Below are positions 17,343-27,143 of a stretch of DNA of 50,001 nt, in pieces. The position numbers and the translations under genes are program-made. Source of the DNA: Staphylococcus phage phiSabovST1. The stretch is from the sequence record PQ281812.1, one strand, 5' to 3'. The notes under the pieces are model-generated. The model saw only the letters and a list, made by a program, of their open reading frames with translations, had not been told where the DNA came from and ran no database searches. Numbering within the stretch: the first letter of the stretch is position 1; each line of letters begins with the position of its first letter.

Positions 17343-17795
17343 ATGGAGATATCAAAGTACCAAGAGATAGCTACACGTACACACAATGATGAATTGAATT
17401 TAAATGAATCTATTACTTGTTACGGCTTAGGTTTAACTCAATCTACAGGCAATGTTACAGATCTAATTAAACAGCATATGTTTTGTAATGTACCGATAGA
17501 TAAAGGAATTATGATAAATGAACTTAGCGAAGCATTGTGGAATATAGCTAATCTTACTAACGTGTTAGGTATTAACTTGGATGAGATAGCTGGTCATAGT
17601 GTTAACACTATCTTGATGAATAAACCTAATCAGACTATCAATTTAGACAATGGTATAAAACAAGGAGACAAAGTATTGTTTCAAGGTAGTAAGTATCTTG
17701 TTGATGGATCGATAGGAAACTTATTGTTAATTAGCAATGATAAAGATGATAGACAAGTAACTGTGCAAGATGTTAAGAAAGTCGACAAGGAGTGA
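17343..17795 (+). CDS. MazG-like NTP pyrophosphohydrolase-fold protein (apparently lacking the acidic EExxE catalytic motif)
   Basis: ATG 17343 after AAGAGGTGGAGA. The helix pattern ISKYQEIA...YGLGLTQSTGNVTDLIKQ...ELSEALWNIANLTNVLGINLDEI resembles MazG, but Q/S/T sit where the Mg-binding glutamates are expected. Confidence 0.35.
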   Translation: MEISKYQEIATRTHNDELNLNESITCYGLGLTQSTGNVTDLIKQHMFCNVPIDKGIMINELSEALWNIANLTNVLGINLDEIAGHSVNTILMNKPNQTINLDNGIKQGDKVLFQGSKYLVDGSIGNLLLISNDKDDRQVTVQDVKKVDKE

Positions 17796-17801
17796 TGTGC
17801 A

Positions 17802-18155
17802 TTGTCTATTATGAAGCGATGTGGTCATCCAACATGTAATGTATTGATTAATCATAATGAAAGTTATTGTGATAAACACAAGCAATATGCAAATGAAAAT
17901 TACAATGATTTGAGACGTCGAAACGATCCAGAGTATTTAAGATTTTATAAATCGAAAACGTGGCAAAACATGCGTCGAATTGTATTGTTAGAACATGATT
18001 TTATTTGTGTTTCTTGTGGCAATCAAGCGACTATGGTTGACCATATTGTACCAACGAAAGTTGATTGGGCAAGAAGATTAGACAAAAGTAATTTACAGCC
18101 TTTGTGTGATGCTTGCCATAACCAAAAGACAAAAGAAGATTTGAAGAAATATTAA
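17802..18155 (+). CDS. HNH endonuclease associated with the cos-type terminase
   Basis: Cys/His pattern CGHPTC...CDKH...CVSCG...HIVP...CDACHNQK. Located immediately upstream of terS, as in cos-packaging staphylococcal phages. Confidence 0.85.
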   Translation: MSIMKRCGHPTCNVLINHNESYCDKHKQYANENYNDLRRRNDPEYLRFYKSKTWQNMRRIVLLEHDFICVSCGNQATMVDHIVPTKVDWARRLDKSNLQPLCDACHNQKTKEDLKKY

Positions 18156-18159
18156 AAAA

Positions 18160-18190
18160 GATAAAAATAGGAAGTCCCCCCAAAGATGAA
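18160..18190. other. candidate cos region (GC-rich GGAAGTCCCCCCAAAG) between HNH and terS
   Basis: An isolated G/C run in AT-rich DNA, in the position where cos sites of HNH-dependent staphylococcal phages lie. Confidence 0.3.
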
Positions 18191-18283
18191 ATGGGCGTCA
18201 ATGAAAGGTTCTGGAGAACGGAGCAGAGTTTTCTTCTCAAAAAATTCCCTTTATTTAAGTTTTTTAGTAGGAGGTGCTAATTT

Positions 18284-18754
18284 ATGGCGGGTAGACCTAA
18301 GAAGCTTTTGTCAAATTCGAACAAGAATTATACAAAAGAAGAAATTATTGAAAAAGAGCGTCAAGAAGCTCAATTAAATAAATTTTCTAAAATCGATACT
18401 GAACCACCGCACTTTTTAGATGAAATAGCGAAACAAGAATACTTAAGAATATTACCACACATGCAAGAATTGCCAATTTCAAACTTAGATAAAGCACAGC
18501 TGGCACAATATTGTAGTTTTTACAGTGATTTTGTTAAAGCAAGTTTGATTTTAGAGCAGGAAAGTTTGATGTTAGAAGATGACAGAGGAAATCAAAAGGT
18601 TAATCCAGCGTTTAACATTAAAGAAAAAGCGGGCATTCGCATGCAACAAACAGCTAATACTTTAGGATTAACAATTGATAGTCGATTACGAATTATGGTT
18701 CCTGAAGAAAAGGAAAATGACGATCTATACATGAAATTTGCGAGTGATGACTAA
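18284..18754 (+). CDS. terS: terminase small subunit (P27 family)
   Basis: The N-terminal MAGRPKK... and overall length match the P27-family small terminase. SD AGGAGG. Confidence 0.85.
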   Translation: MAGRPKKLLSNSNKNYTKEEIIEKERQEAQLNKFSKIDTEPPHFLDEIAKQEYLRILPHMQELPISNLDKAQLAQYCSFYSDFVKASLILEQESLMLEDDRGNQKVNPAFNIKEKAGIRMQQTANTLGLTIDSRLRIMVPEEKENDDLYMKFASDD

Positions 18755-20448
18755 TGATAGATTACGTTACTCAATATGCAAAAAAGGTGGTTTCGGGTGA
18801 AATATTAGCCAGTCAGAAAAACATTCAAGTCTGTAAACGTCACCTTTCTTTTATAGAGAACCCGCCAATTGGTTGCCATTGGGATAATCGTTTATCTAAC
18901 AAAGCAATAGAATTTGTCGAAATGCTACCAGACCCTAAAACAAACGAACCTATGCCACTTATGGAATTTCAAAAATTCATTGTGGGAAGTCTGTACGGTT
19001 GGCGTAGAGGTCAATACAGAATGTTTACTAAAGCTTATATAAGTATGGCTAGAAAACAAGGTAAATCCTTAATCGTGTCTGGTATGTCTGTTAATGAATT
19101 GCTGTTTGGACAATATCCTAAATTCAATAGACAGATCTATGTAGCTTCATCAACCTATAAACAAGCGCAAACAATATTCAAGATGGCAAGTCAACAAGTA
19201 AACTTAATGCGAAGTAAAAGTAAGTTTATCCGTGAAAAAACAGATGTAAGAAAGACGGACATTGAAGATATTTTAAGCAGCTCAGTGTTTGCGCCTTTGT
19301 CTAATAATCCAGATGCAGTTGATGGTAAAGATCCTACAGTTGCTATTTTGGACGAATTGGCAAGTATGCCTGATGATGAGATGTACTCAAGGTTTAAAAC
19401 AGGTATGACATTACAAAAAAATCCTTTAACCCTACTGGTTTCAACGGCCGGAGACAATTTAAATAGTCAAATGTACCAAGAGTATAAGTATATTAAACGT
19501 ATTTTAAATGAAGAAGTAAGAGCTGATAATTACTTTGTATATTGTGCTGAAATGGATTCACAAGAAGAGGTACAAGATGAAACGAAATGGATTAAAGCAA
19601 TGCCGCTTTTAGAATCAAAAGAACACAGAAAAACAATACTTCAAAACATCAAGTCTGATATACAAGATGAATTAGAAAAAGGCACATCGTATCATAAGAT
19701 TTTGATTAAAAACTTCAATTTATGGCAAGCACAAAGGGAAGATAGCTTGCTAGATATTGAAGATTGGGAACAAGCCACAACAAATATGCCTAATATCAAT
19801 GGTAAAGATGTGTATATAGGGGTCGATTTATCGAGGCTAGACGACTTAACGTCTGTAGGGTTTATTTTTCCAAACGATAACAAAAAAGTATTTTTACATA
19901 GCCATTCTTTCATTGGGTTAAGAACGAACTTAGAACAAAAAGCGAAAAGAGACAAAATAAATTATGATTTAGTGATTGAACGTGGTGAAGCAGACGTTAC
20001 ACGCTCAGACAGCGGCATGATTGATTACAAACAAGTTATCGACTTTATTATGGATTTTATAACGACGCATGATTTGAATGTAAAAGCGGTTTGTTATGAC
20101 CCGTGGAATGCGCAAAGTTTCATAACAACAATTGAATCTATGGCTTTAGATTGGCCACTTATTGAAGTTGGACAGAGTTTCAAGGCATTATCACAATCCA
20201 TTAAAGAATTTAGAATGTGGGTTGCAGATAAACGGATACAACATAACGACAATACGTTACTTACAACATCAGTTAATAATGCTGTTTTGATTCGTGATGG
20301 AGAGGACAATGTAAAAATAAACAAAAAAATGAATCGTCAAAAAATAGATCCAATCATTTCGATTATCACAGCTTTCACAGAAGCTAGGATGCACGAATTT
20401 CAAGAGAATTGGGCAGAAATCTATGAAAGCGAAGAATTCGGATTTTAA
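18754..20448 (+). CDS. terL: terminase large subunit
   Basis: 564 aa. ATGA overlap with terS. Terminase_1-like ATPase and nuclease regions. Confidence 0.9.
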   Translation: MIDYVTQYAKKVVSGEILASQKNIQVCKRHLSFIENPPIGCHWDNRLSNKAIEFVEMLPDPKTNEPMPLMEFQKFIVGSLYGWRRGQYRMFTKAYISMARKQGKSLIVSGMSVNELLFGQYPKFNRQIYVASSTYKQAQTIFKMASQQVNLMRSKSKFIREKTDVRKTDIEDILSSSVFAPLSNNPDAVDGKDPTVAILDELASMPDDEMYSRFKTGMTLQKNPLTLLVSTAGDNLNSQMYQEYKYIKRILNEEVRADNYFVYCAEMDSQEEVQDETKWIKAMPLLESKEHRKTILQNIKSDIQDELEKGTSYHKILIKNFNLWQAQREDSLLDIEDWEQATTNMPNINGKDVYIGVDLSRLDDLTSVGFIFPNDNKKVFLHSHSFIGLRTNLEQKAKRDKINYDLVIERGEADVTRSDSGMIDYKQVIDFIMDFITTHDLNVKAVCYDPWNAQSFITTIESMALDWPLIEVGQSFKALSQSIKEFRMWVADKRIQHNDNTLLTTSVNNAVLIRDGEDNVKINKKMNRQKIDPIISIITAFTEARMHEFQENWAEIYESEEFGF

Positions 20449-20461
20449 AGGTGGTGACAAA

Positions 20462-20662
20462 ATGGACTTGAATAAAATAAATGTCTTTTTTAATTTCTTG
20501 GTTGCTAATTTGGTTAGCATCCTTTTTTTATTAGGTTTGTTTGTGGTTAATGTTTCTGTGTATAAAGCATTCGGTCAAAATATGGGACTTTTATGCACTG
20601 GTATAACACTGATTGTTATTTCATTGATTTTAAATCATGAAAGCAATCAAGAAAGGAGTTAG
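20462..20662 (+). CDS. small membrane protein (66 aa)
   Basis: ATG 20462 after AAAGGTGGTGA. Two hydrophobic helices. Confidence 0.45.
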   Translation: MDLNKINVFFNFLVANLVSILFLLGLFVVNVSVYKAFGQNMGLLCTGITLIVISLILNHESNQERS

Positions 20663-20667
20663 CAATT

Positions 20668-21945
20668 GTGGGTATTTTTTATAAAAATGAAAAACGAGAC
20701 TTGCAATACAACGAAGATGATTTGCAAATGATGGTTCAAACTTTGCCAGGTTTTCAAGGAACAAAATTACGACAATATAAAGATATAGAAGCAATTAAGC
20801 ATAGCGACATCTTTACTGCAGTTATGATGATTGCTTCTGATTTGGCGCGCATGCCAATTAGGGTGACAGTGAACGGTCAAATTAATTATAGTGACAGGAT
20901 TGTTAATTTGTTAAATACACGTCCTAACCCAATGTATAACGGCTATATATTCAAATTAGTAGTGTTTGTTAGTGCCTTACTAACATCGCACGGCTATATT
21001 GAAATTACACGTGATAAAACAGGAGAACCTATGAATTTAACGTTCAGAAAGACATCCGAAATAGAATTGAAATCAGACGCAAGAGGTCGACTGTATTATT
21101 TTCATCAAAGGATAGACAGTAACGGAAATAATATAGAGCGTAATGTTAAGTTTGAAGATATGCTAGACATCAAATTTTATTCGTTGGATGGTATAAATGG
21201 TTTGTCACTGTTAGACACATTAAGTCGCACGATAGAGTCAGATAACAATGGAAAGGACTTCCTTAATAATTTCTTGCGAAATGGCACACATGCTGGTGGT
21301 ATTTTGAAAATGAAAGGTGTATTAGACAATAAAAAAGCAAGAGACCGTGCCAGAGAAGAATTTCACAAAGGTTTTAGTGGAACTAAACAAGCGGGGAAAG
21401 TTGTCGTACTCGATGAATCAATGACGTTTGATCAATTAGAAGTTGATACAGAAGTTTTAAAGCTTATCAGAGAAAACAAATCATCAACAAGAGAAATAGC
21501 AGGTGTATTTGGTATTCCATTGCATAAGTTCGGCATAGAAACAGCGAACATGAGTATCACGGATGCTAATTTAGATTACTTATCAACTTTAAAACCTTAT
21601 ATTACATGCGTTTGTGCAGAATTGAATTTTAAGTTTAATGATGAATATGTGAATCGTGAATTTAAATTTGATACCACTGAAATACGAGTTGTTGATGAAA
21701 AAACACAAGCTGAAATTGACAAAATTAACATTAATTCTGGAAAGATGAATATCGATGAAATTAGACAACGTGATGGATTAGCGCCAATACCAGGCGGTAA
21801 TGGTAGTATTCACAGAGTCGATTTAAACCATGTGAATATTGAACTTGTAGATGAGTATCAGATGAATAAATCGAGAGCTACTGATAAAAAATTGAAAGGT
21901 GGTGAGGAAAATGGGCAAGGAAACGAGAGTTGGCAACATTATTGA
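20668..21945 (+). CDS. portal protein (HK97 family)
   Basis: 425 aa following terL. GTG start. Confidence 0.85.
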   Translation: MGIFYKNEKRDLQYNEDDLQMMVQTLPGFQGTKLRQYKDIEAIKHSDIFTAVMMIASDLARMPIRVTVNGQINYSDRIVNLLNTRPNPMYNGYIFKLVVFVSALLTSHGYIEITRDKTGEPMNLTFRKTSEIELKSDARGRLYYFHQRIDSNGNNIERNVKFEDMLDIKFYSLDGINGLSLLDTLSRTIESDNNGKDFLNNFLRNGTHAGGILKMKGVLDNKKARDRAREEFHKGFSGTKQAGKVVVLDESMTFDQLEVDTEVLKLIRENKSSTREIAGVFGIPLHKFGIETANMSITDANLDYLSTLKPYITCVCAELNFKFNDEYVNREFKFDTTEIRVVDEKTQAEIDKININSGKMNIDEIRQRDGLAPIPGGNGSIHRVDLNHVNIELVDEYQMNKSRATDKKLKGGEENGQGNESWQHY

Positions 21946-22495
21946 GGTACGCTCAAATGATGACAACGAAATGGTCATAGAGGGGTATGCGTTAAAGTTC
22001 GACACTTGGTCTGAAAATCTTGGTGGATTCAAAGAAACGATTTCACGTCGCGCTTTAGAAAACACTGATTTATCTGATGTGCGTTGTTTAGTAGATCATA
22101 TCCCCTCGCAAATAATTGGTAGGACAAAATCGGGTACTTTGGAGCTCGAAACTGATGATGTTGGACTTAAATATCGTTGTAAGTTACCAAACACAACATT
22201 TGCACGTGATTTATATGAGAATATGCGTGTAGGCAACATCAATCAATGTTCGTTTGGTTTTATGCTTGACGACAAAGGCGATGAAGTACGTTTTGATGAA
22301 CATGAAAACATTTACAAACGTACTTTAACAGCAATTCGTGAACTTACAGATGTTTCTGTAGTGACTTATCCGGCTTATAAAGACACTGATGTTAAACCAG
22401 CATTACGTAGTATTGAAACCGTAAAAAAAGAACAACGTAAAAAAGAATTAGAAATAAGACTAAAGAAACACTCTATATTAAATAATATTTGGTGA
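21911..22495 (+). CDS. prohead protease (HK97 family, ClpP/S49-like)
   Basis: ATG 21911 after AAAGGTGGTGAGGA. Conserved ...GYALKFDTWS...QCSFGF... prohead protease motifs. Confidence 0.85.
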   Translation: MGKETRVGNIIEVRSNDDNEMVIEGYALKFDTWSENLGGFKETISRRALENTDLSDVRCLVDHIPSQIIGRTKSGTLELETDDVGLKYRCKLPNTTFARDLYENMRVGNINQCSFGFMLDDKGDEVRFDEHENIYKRTLTAIRELTDVSVVTYPAYKDTDVKPALRSIETVKKEQRKKELEIRLKKHSILNNIW

Positions 22496-22582
22496 AGTTG
22501 AACACCATTATCAAATACAGCCATTGGACATGCTGAATATAGCGATGTCTATTTTTTTATGCCAATTTTAGGAGGAAATTAA

Positions 22583-23830
22583 ATGAAAACAAAAGAAGAG
22601 TTAAAATCTGAGATTTCAGACATTAAAAGACAAATTGATTTAAAGGTGAAGTATGCAACGCGAGCACTTAATAACGATGAGTTAGAAAAAGCAGAAAAAT
22701 TAGAACAAGAAATTACTGATTTACGTTCTCAAATCCAAGAAAAACAAGAAGAATTAGATAAGCTAAAAGAAAAAGATGGAACTTCAGAAAACAATCCACA
22801 ATCAGTGGAAGTAAACGAAGCACGTACTTATCGAAATCAAGCAAACATTAACGATTTAGGTATTTCGATTCAAAACACAAAGGTAACATCACAAGAAGTT
22901 AGAGATTTTACTGAATATCTTGAAACACGCAATGATATTCAAGGTGGTTCGTTAAAAACGGACTCAGGATTTGTAGTTATTCCAGAGGAGATTGTTACAG
23001 ATATTTTAAAATTAAAAGAGGTTGAGTTTAATCTTGATAAGTATGTGACGGTCAAACGTGTTACAAATGGTTCTGGTAAATATCCGGTAGTACGACAATC
23101 AGAAGTTGCAGCCCTTGAAAAAGTTGAAGAATTAGAAGAAAACCCTGAATTAGCAGTTAAACCATTCTTCCAATTAGCATATGACATTAATACACACCGT
23201 GGTTACTTCCGAATTTCACGTGAAGCAATCGAAGATGCAAAAGTGAATGTTTTGCAAGAATTGAAACTATGGATGGCGCGAACTATTGCAGCAACACGAA
23301 ACAAAGCAATTATTGATGTTATCACTAAAGGATCAACGGGCTCTACAAGTTCAGGTTTTGAAAAAGAAGGCAAGAAATTAGAAGTTAAAAAAGCAAAATC
23401 TTTAGATGATATTAAAGATGCTATTAACCTGAATGTTAAGCCAAATTACGAACATAATGTTGCGATTGTTTCGCAAACTATGTTTGCAAAATTAGACAAA
23501 ATGAAAGATAAGCTAGGAAACTATTTAATCCAGCCAGATGTTAAAGAAAAAACGCAACAGCGTTTATTAGGAGCTAAAATCGAAATTTTACCTGATGAAG
23601 TACTAGGGCAAAAAGGTAATAACACTTTGATTATCGGTAACTTAAAAGATGCGATTGTTTTATTTGACCGCTCTCAATACCAAGCATCATGGACTGACTA
23701 CATGCATTTCGGAGAATGTTTAATGATTGCTGTACGTCAAGACTGTAGAATTCTAGATTATAAATCAGCAATTGTGATTGAATATGATGATAGTGAACGC
23801 GGTGAAGGCGATCTTGGCTTAGAAGCATAA
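22583..23830 (+). CDS. major capsid protein (HK97 fold) with N-terminal coiled-coil delta/scaffold domain
   Basis: 415 aa. Coiled-coil N-terminus, then a capsid domain. Confidence 0.85.
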   Translation: MKTKEELKSEISDIKRQIDLKVKYATRALNNDELEKAEKLEQEITDLRSQIQEKQEELDKLKEKDGTSENNPQSVEVNEARTYRNQANINDLGISIQNTKVTSQEVRDFTEYLETRNDIQGGSLKTDSGFVVIPEEIVTDILKLKEVEFNLDKYVTVKRVTNGSGKYPVVRQSEVAALEKVEELEENPELAVKPFFQLAYDINTHRGYFRISREAIEDAKVNVLQELKLWMARTIAATRNKAIIDVITKGSTGSTSSGFEKEGKKLEVKKAKSLDDIKDAINLNVKPNYEHNVAIVSQTMFAKLDKMKDKLGNYLIQPDVKEKTQQRLLGAKIEILPDEVLGQKGNNTLIIGNLKDAIVLFDRSQYQASWTDYMHFGECLMIAVRQDCRILDYKSAIVIEYDDSERGEGDLGLEA

Positions 23831-23866
23831 TAAGCGCTCGATACTTTATAAAGAGGTGATAAACTA

Positions 23867-24025
23867 TGGCAATGTATGAAGTGAAGAAATCTTATACTGA
23901 CTTGGAAAAAGGTCAGTATTTAAAGTCAGGTAAACGTGTTGAAATGACAGTAAAACGTGCTGAATATGTTAACAAAAAGCTGAAAGAGCATGGAGTAATA
24001 CTTGAAAGAGTAAAAGAAGAATAGG
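23867..24025 (+). CDS. hypothetical small protein (52 aa) between capsid and connector
   Basis: SD AAAGAGGTGATAA. MAMYEVKKSYTDLEKGQYLKSGKRVEMTVKRAEYVNKKLKEHGVILERVKEE. Confidence 0.4.
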
Positions 24026-24032
24026 TGATTGA

Positions 24033-24365
24033 ATGCAATTAACAGCTGAGGAACTTAAGTTATTAAAAAAGCATTGCAAAATAGATCACAATTCAGAGGA
24101 CGACTTATTAGAAATATATTACTCTTGGGCATTCCATGAAATAGCTAGCGCTGTTACGGATGAACCAAGTAAATATATTGATTGGTTTAAAAGTCATCCT
24201 CTATTTGCTCGTGCTATATACCCATTAGCAAGTTACTATTTTGAAAACCGAATTGCTTATTTGGACAGGGATTTATCGCTTGCGCCGCATATGGTTTTGA
24301 GTACTGTGCATAAGTTGAGAGGTTCATTTGAGCAATTTTTGGAGAGTGAAAATGATGAAATTTAA
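24033..24365 (+). CDS. head-tail connector protein (gp6-like)
   Basis: Position and size; ORF track. Confidence 0.6.
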   Translation: MQLTAEELKLLKKHCKIDHNSEDDLLEIYYSWAFHEIASAVTDEPSKYIDWFKSHPLFARAIYPLASYYFENRIAYLDRDLSLAPHMVLSTVHKLRGSFEQFLESENDEI

Positions 24366-24687
24366 TTCCAATAAATTAAATGAACGTATAGATTTTTGTG
24401 AAGATGTAAGCGAGAGAGTGAACGGAAATCCGATGAAACCGAAGACGAAAATATTATACTCTTGTTTCGCTTGCATTCAAGAATCTAAAGAATCCGACAC
24501 TCAAACGAATCTCAATACAGGTAGCAAATTCATTAAAACTATTATTATCAGAGATACACGGGGTGATTATAAACCAACAAATAAGCATTACGTCTTGCAT
24601 GAAGGGCAAAGGTTTAACATCAAATATGTAAAGCCAGATTATCAAGATAAATCTTATTTGCGTATCTATGGCGAGGTGGTCATTTAA
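24352..24687 (+). CDS. head-tail adaptor / head closure protein
   Basis: ATG 24352 after GGAGAGTGAAA. Confidence 0.6.
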   Translation: MMKFNSNKLNERIDFCEDVSERVNGNPMKPKTKILYSCFACIQESKESDTQTNLNTGSKFIKTIIIRDTRGDYKPTNKHYVLHEGQRFNIKYVKPDYQDKSYLRIYGEVVI

Positions 24688-25064
24688 TGGGAGCAAGAAT
24701 TGAAAGTAATAATATTGAACAAGGTTTGAAAAATGCAGTTTTAAAAATGAATTTAAATAGTAATGTAATTGTCAAAGCTGGGGCTATGTCATTAGTCCCA
24801 CTTTTAAAAAGTAATACACCTTTTGCGAATACTAAAAAGCATGCTCGCGATCACATAGCTGTTTCTAATGTGAAAACAGACAGACACACAAGTGAGAAAA
24901 TCGTTACAATTGGTTACGCTAAAGGCGTCTCACATCGTATTCATGCAACAGAATTTGGAACAATGTACCAAAAACCACAATTGTTTATAACAAAAACAGA
25001 AAAGCAAGGGAAAAACAAAGTTTTAAAAACAATGCTTGATACTGCTAAGAGGTTGCAAAAATGA
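24687..25064 (+). CDS. HK97 gp10-like tail-joining protein
   Basis: Synteny. Confidence 0.55.
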   Translation: MGARIESNNIEQGLKNAVLKMNLNSNVIVKAGAMSLVPLLKSNTPFANTKKHARDHIAVSNVKTDRHTSEKIVTIGYAKGVSHRIHATEFGTMYQKPQLFITKTEKQGKNKVLKTMLDTAKRLQK

Positions 25065-25441
25065 TTAATGTTACCAAATTAATTAGAAACGCTATTATTG
25101 CAAATAACATTACAGATGAAGTGAATGTGTTTAACTACACTATAGATGACCATTTTCACGAAAAAACTGACAAGCCTATTATTCGTATATATCCCTTACC
25201 GTTCAATCCTGACACATACGCTGATGATAACGAGATTTCAAGAGAATACCATTACCAAATTGATGTTTGGTGGTCTCAAGATGAACCGAACGAGCAAGCA
25301 GAAAAAATTGTTGATTTACTCAAAGTGATAAATTTTCAATGTTATTACAGAGAACCGTTATACGAGAGTGACGTCATGTCATTCAGACATATTATAAGAG
25401 CAAAAGGCTCGATTTTATCAATGAAATTGGAGGAAAATTAA
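25061..25441 (+). CDS. tail completion protein
   Basis: Synteny. Confidence 0.55.
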   Translation: MINVTKLIRNAIIANNITDEVNVFNYTIDDHFHEKTDKPIIRIYPLPFNPDTYADDNEISREYHYQIDVWWSQDEPNEQAEKIVDLLKVINFQCYYREPLYESDVMSFRHIIRAKGSILSMKLEEN

Positions 25442-26395
25442 ATGATTGAAAAATTGAAACAAGCACCAAGATTTTTAAAATTAAACTTACAACATTTTGC
25501 AGATACAGGAGTTTCGGGTATCGCAATTGGGGTATCAAACTTTTATTATGCACCTATTTTAAAAGATACAGAAAATGAATGGGAAACTGGAGCTGGCACA
25601 CGTATTCGTTTCTTAAAAGAAATTGAAGTAGACCGTCCACAAGATACCGAGGAAGATTATGGAGATGATATGGTCGCAGCAACTGCTGTATCTAATGGCA
25701 AACTAAGTGTTAAGACAACATTTGTTACTGTTCCTGCTGACGATAAAGCATTCTTGAATGGTGCTAAAAAAGGTACAGGCGGTTATAAATATGGAGCTAA
25801 GGATATTCCGCCAGATGTAGCAATTGTATTCGAAAGACGTAATCATGATGAGTCTTCTGAATGGGTTGGCTTATTCAAAGGTAAATTCACACGTTCAAGC
25901 ATCAAAGGACAAACAAAACAAGATAAGGTTGAATTCCAAAATGATGATGTAGAAGGTAACTTTATTGATCGTTTGTTTGATGAAAGCTCGCATGTTACTG
26001 GTTATGATGCAAAAGGAAGCACTACAGGACGTGACTATGTATTTATGGAGACGTTTGGTAAAACTTATGATGAATTCATGTCTAGTCGTGGTGAACAAAC
26101 TACAGAATCTGTAGAAAAAGAAATGAAAAAAACTGAAAAAATTGATGTAACTTCTGTAAACATCAGCGATGAACAAGTTACGGTAAAAATTGATGAAACA
26201 AAAAAACTTTCAGCTACAACTGAACCACCTGGACAGAAAGTAACTTATGCAGTAACTGAGGGGGAAACTTATGCTAGCGTGTCGTCAACAGGGCTTGTTA
26301 AAGGTTTAGCGGAAGGTAATGCGACCGTTACTGCGACTGCAGGAAAGCAAACTGATACTGTACAAATTACAGTACAATCTAATTTAGAAATGTAA
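25442..26395 (+). CDS. major tail protein with C-terminal Ig-like (Big_2) domain
   Basis: 317 aa. C-terminal ...TYAVTEGETYASVSSTGLVKGLAEGNATVTATAGKQTDTVQITV is Big_2-like. Followed by a strong terminator. Confidence 0.8.
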   Translation: MIEKLKQAPRFLKLNLQHFADTGVSGIAIGVSNFYYAPILKDTENEWETGAGTRIRFLKEIEVDRPQDTEEDYGDDMVAATAVSNGKLSVKTTFVTVPADDKAFLNGAKKGTGGYKYGAKDIPPDVAIVFERRNHDESSEWVGLFKGKFTRSSIKGQTKQDKVEFQNDDVEGNFIDRLFDESSHVTGYDAKGSTTGRDYVFMETFGKTYDEFMSSRGEQTTESVEKEMKKTEKIDVTSVNISDEQVTVKIDETKKLSATTEPPGQKVTYAVTEGETYASVSSTGLVKGLAEGNATVTATAGKQTDTVQITVQSNLEM

Positions 26396-26401
26396 GTTTT
26401 G

Positions 26402-26428
26402 AGGGCTTAACGCCCTCTTTTTATTTTG
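26402..26428 (+). terminator. rho-independent terminator GAGGGC-TTAAC-GCCCTC plus T-run
   Basis: Read directly. Confidence 0.75.
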
Positions 26429-26459
26429 GCCAAATTAAAAAGAAAGTAGGAATTTAATA

Positions 26460-27088
26460 ATGGAACGTACATCAATTGAATTAATTACAGGATTTACAAA
26501 AACAGGAAAGCCGCAATATCAAAAGTATTTAGCAAAGCCGATTATTACTTTGTTTGAAACAATTCAAGGTTCAAAATTAGGTTTGAAACTTAACAAAGCC
26601 TTTAAGGGGGCTGATTTTAAAGATCTAACAGAAGAAGAATTTAATAACTTAAGTGTGACAGAACAGGAAGAATACAAAAACAGGCAAGAAGAATACGAAA
26701 ATAATATGGCTGTACAAATGGAAGTATTGGAAGAAGTTTTGGATTTCATCGTTGAAGCTTTTGATAATCAATTTACTAATATAGAACTTCAAAAAGGATT
26801 ACCAAATGGTCAAGAAGGTATTGAAAAGATTGGACAGTTAATTGGACGAATTACAGGTGGGGAACCTAGCGATACAAAAAAGTTCGTGACAGAGAATCAG
26901 AAATAAGAAAAGAAGATTTAACACCTGAAGCTGTCTACAACAATTACAGGAAAATAGCTAAAGATTTGATAGAAAACGGCATGGATGCAGAAAAAGTGGC
27001 TAACATGCCGATACACTTCTTTTTAGACATTGTCGAATCGAAGATTGAAACAAAGCGAACTGCGAAAAGTTTTAAAGATATTTTTTAA
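26460..27088 (+). CDS. tail assembly chaperone (G/GT-like); -1 programmed frameshift at A_AAA_AAG (26876-26882) extends 26460-26906 into the -1 frame ending at 27088
   Basis: The slippery heptamer is in the correct zero-frame phase. The -1 frame is open for 60 codons to TAA 27086-27088. It lies directly upstream of the tape measure gene. Confidence 0.65.
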
Positions 27089-27143
27089 TCAGCCTTTAAA
27101 GGTTGATTTTTTATTTACATCTTGGAAGAAAGGAGGTTTTTAA

